NCBI GenBank assembly: GCA_015493635.1
Contig: WGCU01000079.1
Location: forward strand, 23,674-87,673
Direction: 5' to 3'
Origin: Spirochaetaceae bacterium
Lineage (GTDB): Bacteria; Spirochaetota; Spirochaetia; B11-G9
Length of the DNA: 64,000 bases
The notes under the pieces were generated by a model. The model ran no database searches and had not been told where the DNA came from. It saw only the letters and a list, made by a program, of their open reading frames with translations. The stretch's first letter is position 1. Every line of letters begins with the position of its first letter. Below are positions 1 through 9,134 of this stretch, one piece after another. The position numbers were made by a program, and so were the translations under genes.

Positions 1-219
1 TACATAGTTATCACCGTTAAAGTGGAGATACGTATCCACACCGAACAGAACCTGCAGCATGGGGGACAGAACCAGTATCGGGAGTGTAACAACTATCGAT
101 ATCCAGAACCGCTTTCTGAAATCCGCGACCATGTGTTCATGGTGGGAATGATGATCATGGTGTGAATGTTCCCCGTCATGATCCATGTGATCCATGTGTT
201 TCATTTCTTCTTCTTTCAT
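1..219 (-). CDS. Heavy-metal translocating P1B-type ATPase, His-rich N-terminus (5' part only; gene continues beyond window start)
   Basis: Reverse-complement translation from ATG 219..217: MKEEEMKHMDHMDHDGEHSHHDHHSHHEHMVADFRKRFWISIVVTLPILVLSPMLQVLFGVDTYLHFNGDNYV. GAGAGG RBS lies 8 nt upstream. His-rich metal-binding tail followed by the FRKRFW+TM1 signature of Zn/Cd/Cu P-type ATPases. Missed by the ORF track because it runs off the window edge. Confidence 0.7.
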   Translation of the reverse strand, partial: MKEEEMKHMDHMDHDGEHSHHDHHSHHEHMVADFRKRFWISIVVTLPILVLSPMLQVLFGVDTYLHFNGDNYV

Positions 220-245
220 TTTTTACCTCTCTTTTTCTTTATCCT

Positions 246-899
246 CTATTGCCTGGAAAGCTCATCTTTCATAGTAAGGTACTCCTGCCTGCCTATATCT
301 CCCCTGGCGTACCGTACTTTCAATGCTGACAAAGGATCATTACTGCCAGTAACATACTTTCTGTTTCTTTTTACGAGATAAACGAGAAGAACAGCGGCTG
401 CCAGTATCAGCAATCCTATAAGAACCGGAACAATCCATCCCATGTATCCTCTGAATCCATAAAAAGGCATAAATCCGCCGAATCTTCCCTCCCTGAAACC
501 TCTTCCGTACATCTTCCCGCTGTCGAATGAACCGCTGCCCATCATCAGAGAACCGAAATCAGTGCTTCCGTTTGCCAGATACCGGTAACCCAGCAGTTTG
601 TGCATGTTGCTGAGACTCTGTGAACCCTCTCCGCCTATCATTTTATCCATCCATTCATGCTGCCTGGGATCGGGAATCTGAAAGCTCATAACAGCTTCTC
701 CCAGTTTTTCAAGGGACGCGTCGCTTACCTTGTCCGGCTCTATTCTGTCATTACTGCCGATGTTCAGTTCGCTTCGTATTCCCGACAGAATAGTATCTAT
801 TGATGCGCCGTGACTCTCTGAAGTATCAGCAAATACTACTGAACCAAAAAGAAGCATACTTGCCAGAAGAAATGCAAAAATGTTTTTGTTTTTAATCAT
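246..899 (-). CDS. Secreted/membrane-anchored protein with C-terminal SHOCT domain; Met/Gly-rich central region
   Basis: N-terminal signal peptide (MIKNKNIFAFLLASMLLFGSVVFA), one C-terminal TM helix, SHOCT-like tail LKVRYARGDIGRQEYLTMKDEL. ATG at 899 has a GAGGAAG RBS. The ORF-track TTG at 917 is less likely. Confidence 0.7.
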   Translation of the reverse strand: MIKNKNIFAFLLASMLLFGSVVFADTSESHGASIDTILSGIRSELNIGSNDRIEPDKVSDASLEKLGEAVMSFQIPDPRQHEWMDKMIGGEGSQSLSNMHKLLGYRYLANGSTDFGSLMMGSGSFDSGKMYGRGFREGRFGGFMPFYGFRGYMGWIVPVLIGLLILAAAVLLVYLVKRNRKYVTGSNDPLSALKVRYARGDIGRQEYLTMKDELSRQ

Positions 900-1128
900 T
901 ATAGTCTTCCTCTTCAAGAATGGTATTTTTCATTTCTTCATATTCATGCAGCGTAATTTCTCCTTTCGCGTATCGCTTTTTAAGTACCTCAAATGAAGAG
1001 GTATTTTTCCCCGAAACAAAGTTGTCTATAAACCCGCCCCGGTTATAACGCTGCCGTTTACCTGTGCCGTTGATAAAATAGATAACACCCACAATCACCA
1101 GAACCAAAAAGATAATCATCATAGTCAA
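892..1128 (-). CDS. Small membrane protein with SHOCT domain
   Basis: TM helix (MTMMIIFLVLVIVGVIYF) then SHOCT motif LKKRYAKGEITLHEYEEMKNTI. AAGGAG RBS upstream of ATG 1128. Confidence 0.7.
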   Translation of the reverse strand: MTMMIIFLVLVIVGVIYFINGTGKRQRYNRGGFIDNFVSGKNTSSFEVLKKRYAKGEITLHEYEEMKNTILEEEDYND

Positions 1129-1159
1129 ACTCCTTGTCTACCATACCCACCTAGGGTAT

Positions 1160-1196
1160 CTGGTATAAATATAATATAGTTTAGCAATGATGTCAA
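1160..1196 (-). promoter_or_regulatory. sigma70-type promoter for the SHOCT gene pair
   Basis: Minus strand: TTGACA (1195..1190), 16-17 nt spacer, TTATAT/TATATT, then a ~45 nt leader with AAGGAG RBS. Confidence 0.45.
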
Positions 1197-1200
1197 GTAT

Positions 1201-1356
1201 TATTCTCAAACGAGTGAGGGGAGCGGAATAACTTGTTGGTTCCTGGCCTAAGCGAGTGCAGAGAACGAAAGGTTGAAATACCCCGCGGCTTGCCGCGGAA
1301 TAGGCTGCTATAGCGGCCTGAGTCCAGGGTTTACCCTGGGGTATTGAAACCTTTCA
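1201..1356 (-). repeat. Copy 1 of a ~155-nt structured repeat element (candidate ncRNA or MITE-like); inverted relative to copy 2 at 14587..14745
   Basis: Reverse complement aligns to 14587..14745 at about 85% identity over the first ~110 nt and the last ~25 nt. Begins ATGAAAGG, ends CTCACTCGTTTGAGAAT. Three hairpins plus a ~20-bp closing stem. TAA stop in the only ATG frame, so non-coding. Confidence 0.85.
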
Positions 1357-1359
1357 TTG

Positions 1360-1384
1360 TAAAAAATTTAGAACAAGCAGTTCT
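1360..1384 (-). terminator. Rho-independent terminator of the HD-GYP gene
   Basis: Minus strand AGAAC-tgctt-GTTCT hairpin followed by AAATTTTTT. Confidence 0.5.
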
Positions 1385-1398
1385 TTATCCACGGAATA

Positions 1399-3108
1399 CT
1401 AATCACTCATTTCCGCATAGATCTCGTTAAATTTCTGATGATTATCCATGAAAAGCTCGAAAATTTTCTTGCCGAAAATCTTTTCGCCGCTGGTATTGGT
1501 GTAATCGTCCATTCTAATAATTTCAAGTGTTTTTTCATGGGAAAAAGCAGGTTTGTAGTGCCTTTTGCTGCGGAGGGCATCGTATCTGTCGGACAGGGAA
1601 ACAAAAAGCGCTTCCAGGGGAATTTCTTCTCCTGCCAGGGGTTTCAGTGAATGATAGTAGGCAGTTTCTTTGCTGGAGAGAGGTGCAAGGGTTCCGTTTT
1701 CTGTGACAAGACCGGGGTAATCGGTTCCGGCCCATATTTGATGATGGTTTAACGCTATCTGAAAAGCCATCTCCAGCCGGGGTTCGCGGTACGTTGAATC
1801 CATCATACGCTGCAGGATCTGGGCGCCGTAGACCGGGTGCATTTCAAGTTCCAGCCGTTCGGATATTGTCAGCTTTCTTTCAAGTTTAATAAGATAAGGG
1901 ATGGCAATCTTTCCTATATCATGAATCGAGGCAACCTGGCCGATTGACCGGCAGAAAATTTCATCCATTCCGTAAAGCTTCGCGGCCAGGCGTGCAAATG
2001 TATTAACACGGTATATATGCTGTCCGGTCATCTCATCACTGAATTCCGAAGACGCGCAGAGTCCTTCCACGGACTGCATGAATTTTGCATCATTCCTTAT
2101 CGCAAGATCAATAAGGGAATAAGTAACCCATGCGGTATTAACGTACGCCTGAATTGCCAGCTGATCATACCGGGTTAAATCAGTATTCTTGTTAAAGGCG
2201 ATAATTGAAAAATTTCCGGAATGATACACCAGATAGTTTTCTATGGGATTTCCTATAAAGGATTTTACCGATTCATTAAAAGGATTCATTTTCTCAAAAT
2301 CGGTTCGGGAAGGATACAGTGATACTTTTTCACAGACAGCTTCATTTTTTATGCGGGATTTCCAAACTGGCGCCGATGTTGCCTTGCCTATTTCTACTTC
2401 AGCTGAAACGACGGCTCCTGTTGCATATTCCCTTATGTCCTTGTATATTTCCCCATGGAGAATGTCTTCATTTTCAAGCTGGGTGATAAGCACCGCGTTG
2501 AACCCGTGGCCCAACAGCAGCCGGGCAAGCCGTTCGTAGATAGTATTATGTATCACAAGGGAATCAAGTGAGTTGATGATGTCTGTATTGAATCTCTGAA
2601 TATCGTGGATGCTCTGCTCGTACTCGTGGTAGGGTGTTGTATCATTCAGCCAGATGAGGTATCTGTTTTCTGTTTTTTTAAGTTCTACCGTATACCATTT
2701 GTTTGTTACATCAGAAAAGAACGATTTCCCTGCCAGTTGAGAAAGTTCATCAGACTGTCCGATTCCTTCTAAAAAATCATGGATGGTCTTTATGTGGTTT
2801 GAATCACAGAGTTCCTTTGTTTTTCCTGCCATGGCGGTAATAACTCCCCGGGGAGTTGTAATGAAAACAGGATCCTCCCGCTGTTCCGGCAAACTTAAAA
2901 GGAGATCTTTACTTAAATGCATGTATTTTACACTGGCTTTTGTAAATACCTGAACGAGAAAGGGGATGATATAAGGAATTACCGAACTGGTAAGTGATAC
3001 CTGCTCTAAAATATTTATAAAAAAGCCTACAAGAACTGCAAGGAAAAATGTTATGGGAGATTTAATTTCTTTCCATAATAATTTAAGATAGGTTTTTATT
3101 TTATTCAT
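1399..3108 (-). CDS. Membrane-associated HD-GYP domain c-di-GMP phosphodiesterase
   Basis: N-terminal TM segment; C-terminal HD-GYP signature HDIGKIAIP...HH..W.G.GYP. Confidence 0.85.
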   Translation of the reverse strand: MNKIKTYLKLLWKEIKSPITFFLAVLVGFFINILEQVSLTSSVIPYIIPFLVQVFTKASVKYMHLSKDLLLSLPEQREDPVFITTPRGVITAMAGKTKELCDSNHIKTIHDFLEGIGQSDELSQLAGKSFFSDVTNKWYTVELKKTENRYLIWLNDTTPYHEYEQSIHDIQRFNTDIINSLDSLVIHNTIYERLARLLLGHGFNAVLITQLENEDILHGEIYKDIREYATGAVVSAEVEIGKATSAPVWKSRIKNEAVCEKVSLYPSRTDFEKMNPFNESVKSFIGNPIENYLVYHSGNFSIIAFNKNTDLTRYDQLAIQAYVNTAWVTYSLIDLAIRNDAKFMQSVEGLCASSEFSDEMTGQHIYRVNTFARLAAKLYGMDEIFCRSIGQVASIHDIGKIAIPYLIKLERKLTISERLELEMHPVYGAQILQRMMDSTYREPRLEMAFQIALNHHQIWAGTDYPGLVTENGTLAPLSSKETAYYHSLKPLAGEEIPLEALFVSLSDRYDALRSKRHYKPAFSHEKTLEIIRMDDYTNTSGEKIFGKKIFELFMDNHQKFNEIYAEMSD

Positions 3109-3170
3109 GTTTCAATTATGGTATACCAGATATGAAGTGTCAAACATAATGGATTAAAGGAATTTTGTTT

Positions 3171-6100
3171 ATGCGGTTGAAGTTGTCAATCATGATATTC
3201 TGTATGTTTTTGTTACTCTCAATTGCCGTTTCAATGTTGTTTTATCATATTTCGGCTGATGCGGAAATAAAAACCCTGATTGGGGCGGAGCAGGAAATTC
3301 TGTCCTTTGAGAAACTGATTATTGATGAACATCTGAAAAATCTTGAAATGGATGTGAAGTACCTTGCCGTACAGCGGAAGACCATAGCGTTTGTCCAGAG
3401 CCGATACAATCCGGCTTACGACCCTTCTGCTTTGTATATATCGTTCCTTAAACGGAAAGACATCTTTTCTTCTGTACAGATTATTGACTCTTCCGGAAAA
3501 GAAATGCTCCGGATCAACGTTGATAACGGCAGAATTATCAGATTGAAAAGCGGTGCATTACAGGAAAAAGGCAATCGGTACTATTTTCAGGAAATAATGA
3601 ACAGTAATCCCTCTTCCGTGTATGTATCAAATTTTGATTTTGACCGTGATGATGGTAAATCCGTTTTTTTCCCCCGTTCTGTTTTACGGTTAGGAAAGGT
3701 TCTGCTTGATAGAGGAGGAAACAGGCAGGCTGTTATTGTGCTTACCTATCAGGGAGATTCCCTTTTTAAACTCATTAACAATGAGGATTTCTCTCATGCA
3801 GGATTACTTTCATTGATAAACAGCGAAAATAAAATTTTCTCTGAGGAAAAAGGAACAATACAGTTTAATGCCGAACTGGGCAATTTTATCACTTCTTCGG
3901 ACTGGGATGAACTTGATTCCAATCCGGAAGGATATGTTGCCGGTGATTTTGGCATTATTTTTTATAAACATTTTACCATTCCCGGATCCTTTGAAAAGCG
4001 GAAAGCTGCACTTGTTTCCTTTGTAACTCCAGAAAGGCGCGGAATTCTGCTTCATCCGGTTAGAGTGAGGGCTCTGTATATTCTTTTATGTTTAATGGTA
4101 TTGTCACTTATTCCTTCATTGCTGATTACCTCCTATATAGCAAAGAAAAAGGTAGCAAATAATGAGTTGCTGATTCTGAGAGCAGCAGTTTCTCAAAGTG
4201 CCAATTCAATTGTCATAACTGATACGGAAGGGGTCATTAAATTTGTAAACGCTGCTTTTGAAAGACTGACCGGTTATACTTTCAATGAGCTGGAGGGGGT
4301 AAATCCCCGTATTTTAAAAAGCGGACATCAGAATGAGGATTTTTATATTGATCTGTGGCATACCATTAAATCCGGCAGGGTATGGTCCGGAATTTTCCTT
4401 AATAAACGGAAAGATGAAACGAATTACTGGGAGAGAGCAACAATATCACCGGTTTATGACAGGAAAAAGAGGATACGATACTATATTGCTGTAAAAGAGG
4501 ATATTACCGAAAAGAAAAGAATTGAAAATGAATTAAAACGGGAACATGAACAACTGGTACTGGCAAAGAATGATGCTGAATCAGCCAGAGAAGAGGCTGA
4601 AAAAGCTAATCTGTTAAAGAGTGCTTTTCTTGCAAATATCTCACATGAAATTCGTACTCCCATGAATGCGGTTCTTGGATTTTCTCAGATGCTTATGAAG
4701 AATGAAACGGAAGAAAACAAGGCAAAAAAGCTGAAAGTAATTATTGAATCAGGGCAAAATCTGCTTGCTCTGATAAATGATATTCTTGATCTGTCGAAGG
4801 TTGAAGCAGGAGAAGTTGAAGTACATCCATCAGAAATAAGTATCAGGGATGAGACAAAAGAAGTTATGCAGCTTTTGCAGGGGGAAGCGGAGAGGAAGGA
4901 ACTTGAGCTTGATTTTGAGATTGCAGAGGATGTACCTTCTCTTATCCACGGTGATGCTGATCTGATACGGAAAATTCTTGCTAATATTGTATCCAATGCC
5001 ATAAAATTTACTCACCATGGATCAGTCAGCGTTTACATTTCAAGAGACGGAGATTTATTAAATATTTCCATACGTGATACCGGAATAGGAATTCCGGAAA
5101 ATACCCGTGAAACAATATTTGAACCTTTCAAACAGCAGGATTCTTCCTCCAGCAGACAGTACGGAGGTGCCGGATTAGGTCTCGCTTTATCAAAAAGATA
5201 TGCTGAGCTGATGGGAGGTGACATAACTGTTTCAAGTACTCCGGGAATGGGAACACTGTTTGTATGCACTCTTCCCTTCACCGTAGTGCCCGATGATCCC
5301 ACCTGCCCGGAGAACAGTGGTATAACAGAATCTTTGCCTCTTTATCCGGTATGGAAGGACCGGCTGGTAAAAGACGGCAACCTCCTTGTGGATGTTTTAA
5401 ACGAGACTGTTGAAAAATTTCCCGGACAGATGGAAAAACTTTATTCGGCAGTAAAAGGTGGTGATTATACTCTGGCAAAAAGAATAACGCATACCCTTAT
5501 GGGAAGCACAGGCAGTCTGAAAATGTTTGAAGTGCGGGATACACTCAAAAGGATAGATGATTTGCTGCACCCCAAATCTACTCATAAGAGGGAAATACTC
5601 TCTTTTTGTAAAGATCTCCTGCTGCTGTCTGAGAATAGCAGAGATTTATCAAGGGAAGCCGGGAAGCCTGAAAATACAATTAAAGATGGTTCTGGTGCCG
5701 CAAAGGAAGGGCTGCCGTCTTCAAGGATTCTTGCGGCGGATGATGATGAAAGTGTCCGTAATGTTATCGCGGCTTTTCTTAAGTATTCAGGAATGCATGC
5801 TGATTTTGCTGTAAACGGTGAGGATGTTCTTGAAAAACTTGCAAACGGGAGCTATGATATTCTTCTCATTGATTTACAGATGCCGGTGCTTGATGGTATT
5901 GAAACAGTAAAAGAGATCAGGAAAAAAAGTATCTATAATGATCTGTATATCATTGCTGTCACCGGTGACGAATGTGAAAAAATCAAGCTAGACTTTGTAA
6001 AGACGGGATTTGATGACTGCATTTCAAAACCGCTGGATATGGAATCCTTTATTAAAAAGATTCAGGAAAAGAAGTCTGATAATAACGTAACATGGATTAT

Positions 6101-6299
6101 CGAGGATCTTGAACCTTTGGTTAAAGCCTTTAATGCGGATAAGGTAGTCAACGTTGCCCGGGAGATCGAGTCGAAAAGTGACTCTGTATATCTAAAGAGC
6201 ATTTCTTCCAGAATACGGAACATAGCTTCTTCGTATGATTCAAATGCACTGTTGGCACTGATTAAAGAATTGAAGGGAACGTATGGAAATGAGAGATAA
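3171..6299 (+). CDS. Hybrid sensor histidine kinase (periplasmic sensor, PAS, HisKA, HATPase_c, Hpt, REC)
   Basis: Two TM helices flanking a ~270 aa periplasmic domain, PAS/PAC, H-box LANISHEIRTPMNAVLGF, G-boxes, Hpt motif HTLMGSTGSL, receiver ILAADDDESVRN...DLQMP. ATG 3171 after an AAAGGA RBS. Confidence 0.9.
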   Translation: MRLKLSIMIFCMFLLLSIAVSMLFYHISADAEIKTLIGAEQEILSFEKLIIDEHLKNLEMDVKYLAVQRKTIAFVQSRYNPAYDPSALYISFLKRKDIFSSVQIIDSSGKEMLRINVDNGRIIRLKSGALQEKGNRYYFQEIMNSNPSSVYVSNFDFDRDDGKSVFFPRSVLRLGKVLLDRGGNRQAVIVLTYQGDSLFKLINNEDFSHAGLLSLINSENKIFSEEKGTIQFNAELGNFITSSDWDELDSNPEGYVAGDFGIIFYKHFTIPGSFEKRKAALVSFVTPERRGILLHPVRVRALYILLCLMVLSLIPSLLITSYIAKKKVANNELLILRAAVSQSANSIVITDTEGVIKFVNAAFERLTGYTFNELEGVNPRILKSGHQNEDFYIDLWHTIKSGRVWSGIFLNKRKDETNYWERATISPVYDRKKRIRYYIAVKEDITEKKRIENELKREHEQLVLAKNDAESAREEAEKANLLKSAFLANISHEIRTPMNAVLGFSQMLMKNETEENKAKKLKVIIESGQNLLALINDILDLSKVEAGEVEVHPSEISIRDETKEVMQLLQGEAERKELELDFEIAEDVPSLIHGDADLIRKILANIVSNAIKFTHHGSVSVYISRDGDLLNISIRDTGIGIPENTRETIFEPFKQQDSSSSRQYGGAGLGLALSKRYAELMGGDITVSSTPGMGTLFVCTLPFTVVPDDPTCPENSGITESLPLYPVWKDRLVKDGNLLVDVLNETVEKFPGQMEKLYSAVKGGDYTLAKRITHTLMGSTGSLKMFEVRDTLKRIDDLLHPKSTHKREILSFCKDLLLLSENSRDLSREAGKPENTIKDGSGAAKEGLPSSRILAADDDESVRNVIAAFLKYSGMHADFAVNGEDVLEKLANGSYDILLIDLQMPVLDGIETVKEIRKKSIYNDLYIIAVTGDECEKIKLDFVKTGFDDCISKPLDMESFIKKIQEKKSDNNVTWIIEDLEPLVKAFNADKVVNVAREIESKSDSVYLKSISSRIRNIASSYDSNALLALIKELKGTYGNER

Positions 6300-7347
6300 A
6301 GAACGTTTTCGGATACTCATCGTAGATGATAATAATGAGAACAGAAGAATTATTGCCATGATTCTCAGTCCGAACAAAGAGTTCGATCTGACCCTTGTCA
6401 GCAGCGGTTACGCTGCAGTAGAATTTTCACTTAAAACCATCCCGGATCTCATTCTTCTGGATATTATGATGCCGGAAATGGATGGATATGAAGTAGCTAG
6501 AAAATTAAAATCCGATGAGAGGACAAAGGATATCCCTATTCTCTTTGTAACGGCAAATACTGATGATGAAAGTATCTCGAAAGGGTTTGAGAGCGGAGGG
6601 ATTGATTATATTACCAAACCATTCAACCATAATGAACTGCTTGCCCGGGTGAATGTACAGGTCCGGTTAAAAAAATATCACAAGCAGCTTGAGGAACAGA
6701 ATAGGTTGCTGCTTGAGAAGAAATCGCTCCTCACCGCGCTTGTGGATGAGAAGACGAAAAAGATAGCGGACATAACCCGCGCGCTTGTTACCGCATTGGA
6801 GAACGCAAACCAGATGAACGATACCGATACCGGAGAGCATATCAAGCGTGTCAGTGAGTATGCCGGAATTATTGCCCTGGAACGGACTGGTGATATTGAT
6901 TTCTCAAAACAGATCAGACTTTATTCATCCCTTCATGATGTGGGAAAGGTCGGTATTCCTGATATTCTTTTAAAAAAACCGGGGATGTACACTGCTTTGG
7001 AGAGGGAAACGATGAGACAGCATGTATTGTTTGGTGCAAAGATGCTTGATTCTCCCGGAATACCCCGTCTAGCTGTTAATATTGCACGGTATCATCATGA
7101 GAAGTGGGATGGCTCGGGATATCTGGAAGGGCTCTCCGGCAGTGATATTCCTCTGGAGGCACGGATTGTTACGCTTGCGGATATATACGATGCGCTTGGA
7201 ACAAAGAGAACGTATAAAGATGCTTTTCCAGAAGATAAAATTGATGAAATAATTCTGGAGGGTAAGGGGACTTTTTTTGATCCTGAACTTGTCGATCTGT
7301 TCTTTAAAAATAAATCAAAAATGCTTGAAGTAAAGCGAATGCTGTAA
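6283..7347 (+). CDS. Response regulator with REC and HD-GYP domains (RpfG-like)
   Basis: REC (RILIVDDNNENRR...LLDIMMPEMDG) plus HD-GYP (HDVGKVGIP...HHEKWDGSGY). Overlaps the kinase stop by 17 nt. Confidence 0.9.
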   Translation: MEMRDKERFRILIVDDNNENRRIIAMILSPNKEFDLTLVSSGYAAVEFSLKTIPDLILLDIMMPEMDGYEVARKLKSDERTKDIPILFVTANTDDESISKGFESGGIDYITKPFNHNELLARVNVQVRLKKYHKQLEEQNRLLLEKKSLLTALVDEKTKKIADITRALVTALENANQMNDTDTGEHIKRVSEYAGIIALERTGDIDFSKQIRLYSSLHDVGKVGIPDILLKKPGMYTALERETMRQHVLFGAKMLDSPGIPRLAVNIARYHHEKWDGSGYLEGLSGSDIPLEARIVTLADIYDALGTKRTYKDAFPEDKIDEIILEGKGTFFDPELVDLFFKNKSKMLEVKRML

Positions 7348-7353
7348 ACTATT

Positions 7354-9087
7354 TCAAAGAGGAAGAGTAAAATAAAAAATTGAGCCTCCCTCTGGATTAT
7401 CAGTGATACCTGTTTCTCCTCCCAATTTCTCTACAATACGTTTCACAATAGAAAGTCCCAGACCGTTGCCTTCTACTGTTTCCCCGCCAAGCCGGATAAA
7501 GGGTTTAAAAAGTTTCTTTTTTTGATTTTCAGTAAGTCCTTTTCCGTTATCACTAACAAGGTACTGAACACTTTTGTCTTTTATTTTTTCCTGCAATTTT
7601 ACGACAGGCGGTGTTCCTCCATATTTGACAGCGTTGCTGATGTAATTAATCCAGACCTGTTCGATCCAGGGGGCGTAACTGTGTACGGTTGTCCAGCCGT
7701 CAGGTTTTAAAACCAGAGCATTTCTGTCTTTCACTGTAAGAGACAGTCTTTCAAGCACCGTTTCAATGATTGTTTCCATGGATACCGGTCCAAAAGTGAT
7801 ATTTTTTGTTATATCAACTTCTGAAAGAAGAAAAATTTCTTTAATGATGGAATCTATCTTCTTCCCGTTTTGGTGTATATTCTGAATCATAGCTTTTCTT
7901 TCGGTTTCCTGAACGTCTTTTTCTCTTGCCATAAGAATATTGGAAAAACCCAATATAGCTGTAAGCGGGTTTTTTATGTCATGGGAAACCATCCTTGAGA
8001 AAGCTTCAAGTTCTTTATTCTTTTGTTCAAGTTTTTCAGCATACGTTCGTAATTCGGTAATATTACTCATGGTAAGAACATAACCGGCTGCATATTTATT
8101 ATTTTCAAGCAGAGGTGTAATTCTTATACGGTAGTATTCCTGAGGTTGATCTTGTCCGTGTTCAAAGGTAAGCTCGCATTCTGACCCCTGAAGTTTGTCA
8201 AGCGCACTCAGGATTCTGTTGTTGAAAATGGAAGGGAACACGGCATCAGCCGGATACCCCCGGATATCTTCTATGGTGCTGACGGAAAAAACAAGTGCTT
8301 CCCTGTTGAAATCCATAATCTGTTTAAATCTGTCAAGAATAATGAAAGGATCTGTTATGGAATCCATCAGTATTTCTCTGGCAATAGGGGTAACACTGAA
8401 GAAACTATTTTTAAAAACAGCATAGAACAGGGGGATAATACTGATGGATAAGATAAGGGGTGATATGTCAAAATGTTCGGGAAGTATCTTAAGGATATAA
8501 AAAATATTTCCAACCCAGTTTATTATGGAAAATGAAAGCAGCAGCAGTATCTGCCAGCGGAAAACGGGTGAAGTATTCAGGTAACTGTGTAAAAGAATGA
8601 TGACAGCAATAATTAAAAGGCCGTATGAATAAGTAATGTTGATAAAGTACCATAAACCCGGTGAAAAATTCAGTGTAACAAACAATTCTTCCTTTAAAAG
8701 AGAGGGATGTACCCATATCAGATGGTGAATACTGTTTGTCCATGCTGCCAGTGCCGAAAGTGAAGGAATGAAAAAAAACAGAAAGAATTTCGAGGGTTTA
8801 ATCTTTCCGAGCTTGCCTGTATAGGTAAGAACCAGTGAAATCCATGTGGGAGCAATAAAGGGGGCGCCAAGGTATTCAACCTTTGACCAGAATAAAACAT
8901 TCGAGAAGGAATATCCGGTAAGTTCAAAAAAATATGCGCCTGACCATACAAACATCTGAGCCATAAGAGCGGTAAACCAGCCTACACTTGCTGACCGGTG
9001 ATTCAGTAAGCCTTTTAACATCATGGTGCCGGAGAAAAGCGCTGCCAGCAGCACAGAAAGTGTGTAAACGTTCAAACGATTTCCCAT
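7354..9087 (-). CDS. Sensor histidine kinase with N-terminal 7TM receptor-type domain
   Basis: Seven predicted TM helices, PAS-like linker, H-box FSRMVSHDIKNPL, HATPase_c GNGLGLSIVKR. Confidence 0.85.
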   Translation of the reverse strand: MGNRLNVYTLSVLLAALFSGTMMLKGLLNHRSASVGWFTALMAQMFVWSGAYFFELTGYSFSNVLFWSKVEYLGAPFIAPTWISLVLTYTGKLGKIKPSKFFLFFFIPSLSALAAWTNSIHHLIWVHPSLLKEELFVTLNFSPGLWYFINITYSYGLLIIAVIILLHSYLNTSPVFRWQILLLLSFSIINWVGNIFYILKILPEHFDISPLILSISIIPLFYAVFKNSFFSVTPIAREILMDSITDPFIILDRFKQIMDFNREALVFSVSTIEDIRGYPADAVFPSIFNNRILSALDKLQGSECELTFEHGQDQPQEYYRIRITPLLENNKYAAGYVLTMSNITELRTYAEKLEQKNKELEAFSRMVSHDIKNPLTAILGFSNILMAREKDVQETERKAMIQNIHQNGKKIDSIIKEIFLLSEVDITKNITFGPVSMETIIETVLERLSLTVKDRNALVLKPDGWTTVHSYAPWIEQVWINYISNAVKYGGTPPVVKLQEKIKDKSVQYLVSDNGKGLTENQKKKLFKPFIRLGGETVEGNGLGLSIVKRIVEKLGGETGITDNPEGGSIFYFTLPL

Positions 9088-9134
9088 TGATAACCATTAT
9101 CGTACAATATAAATACCTTGTAAAGGACTTTTCA

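Noticed and set aside
166-381. Plus-strand ORF encoding a His/Phe-rich 71-aa peptide (MFPVMIHVIHVFHFFFFHF...)
   Set aside because: It is the antisense reading of the His-rich N-terminus and RBS region of the minus-strand P-type ATPase. It has no RBS and no independent support.
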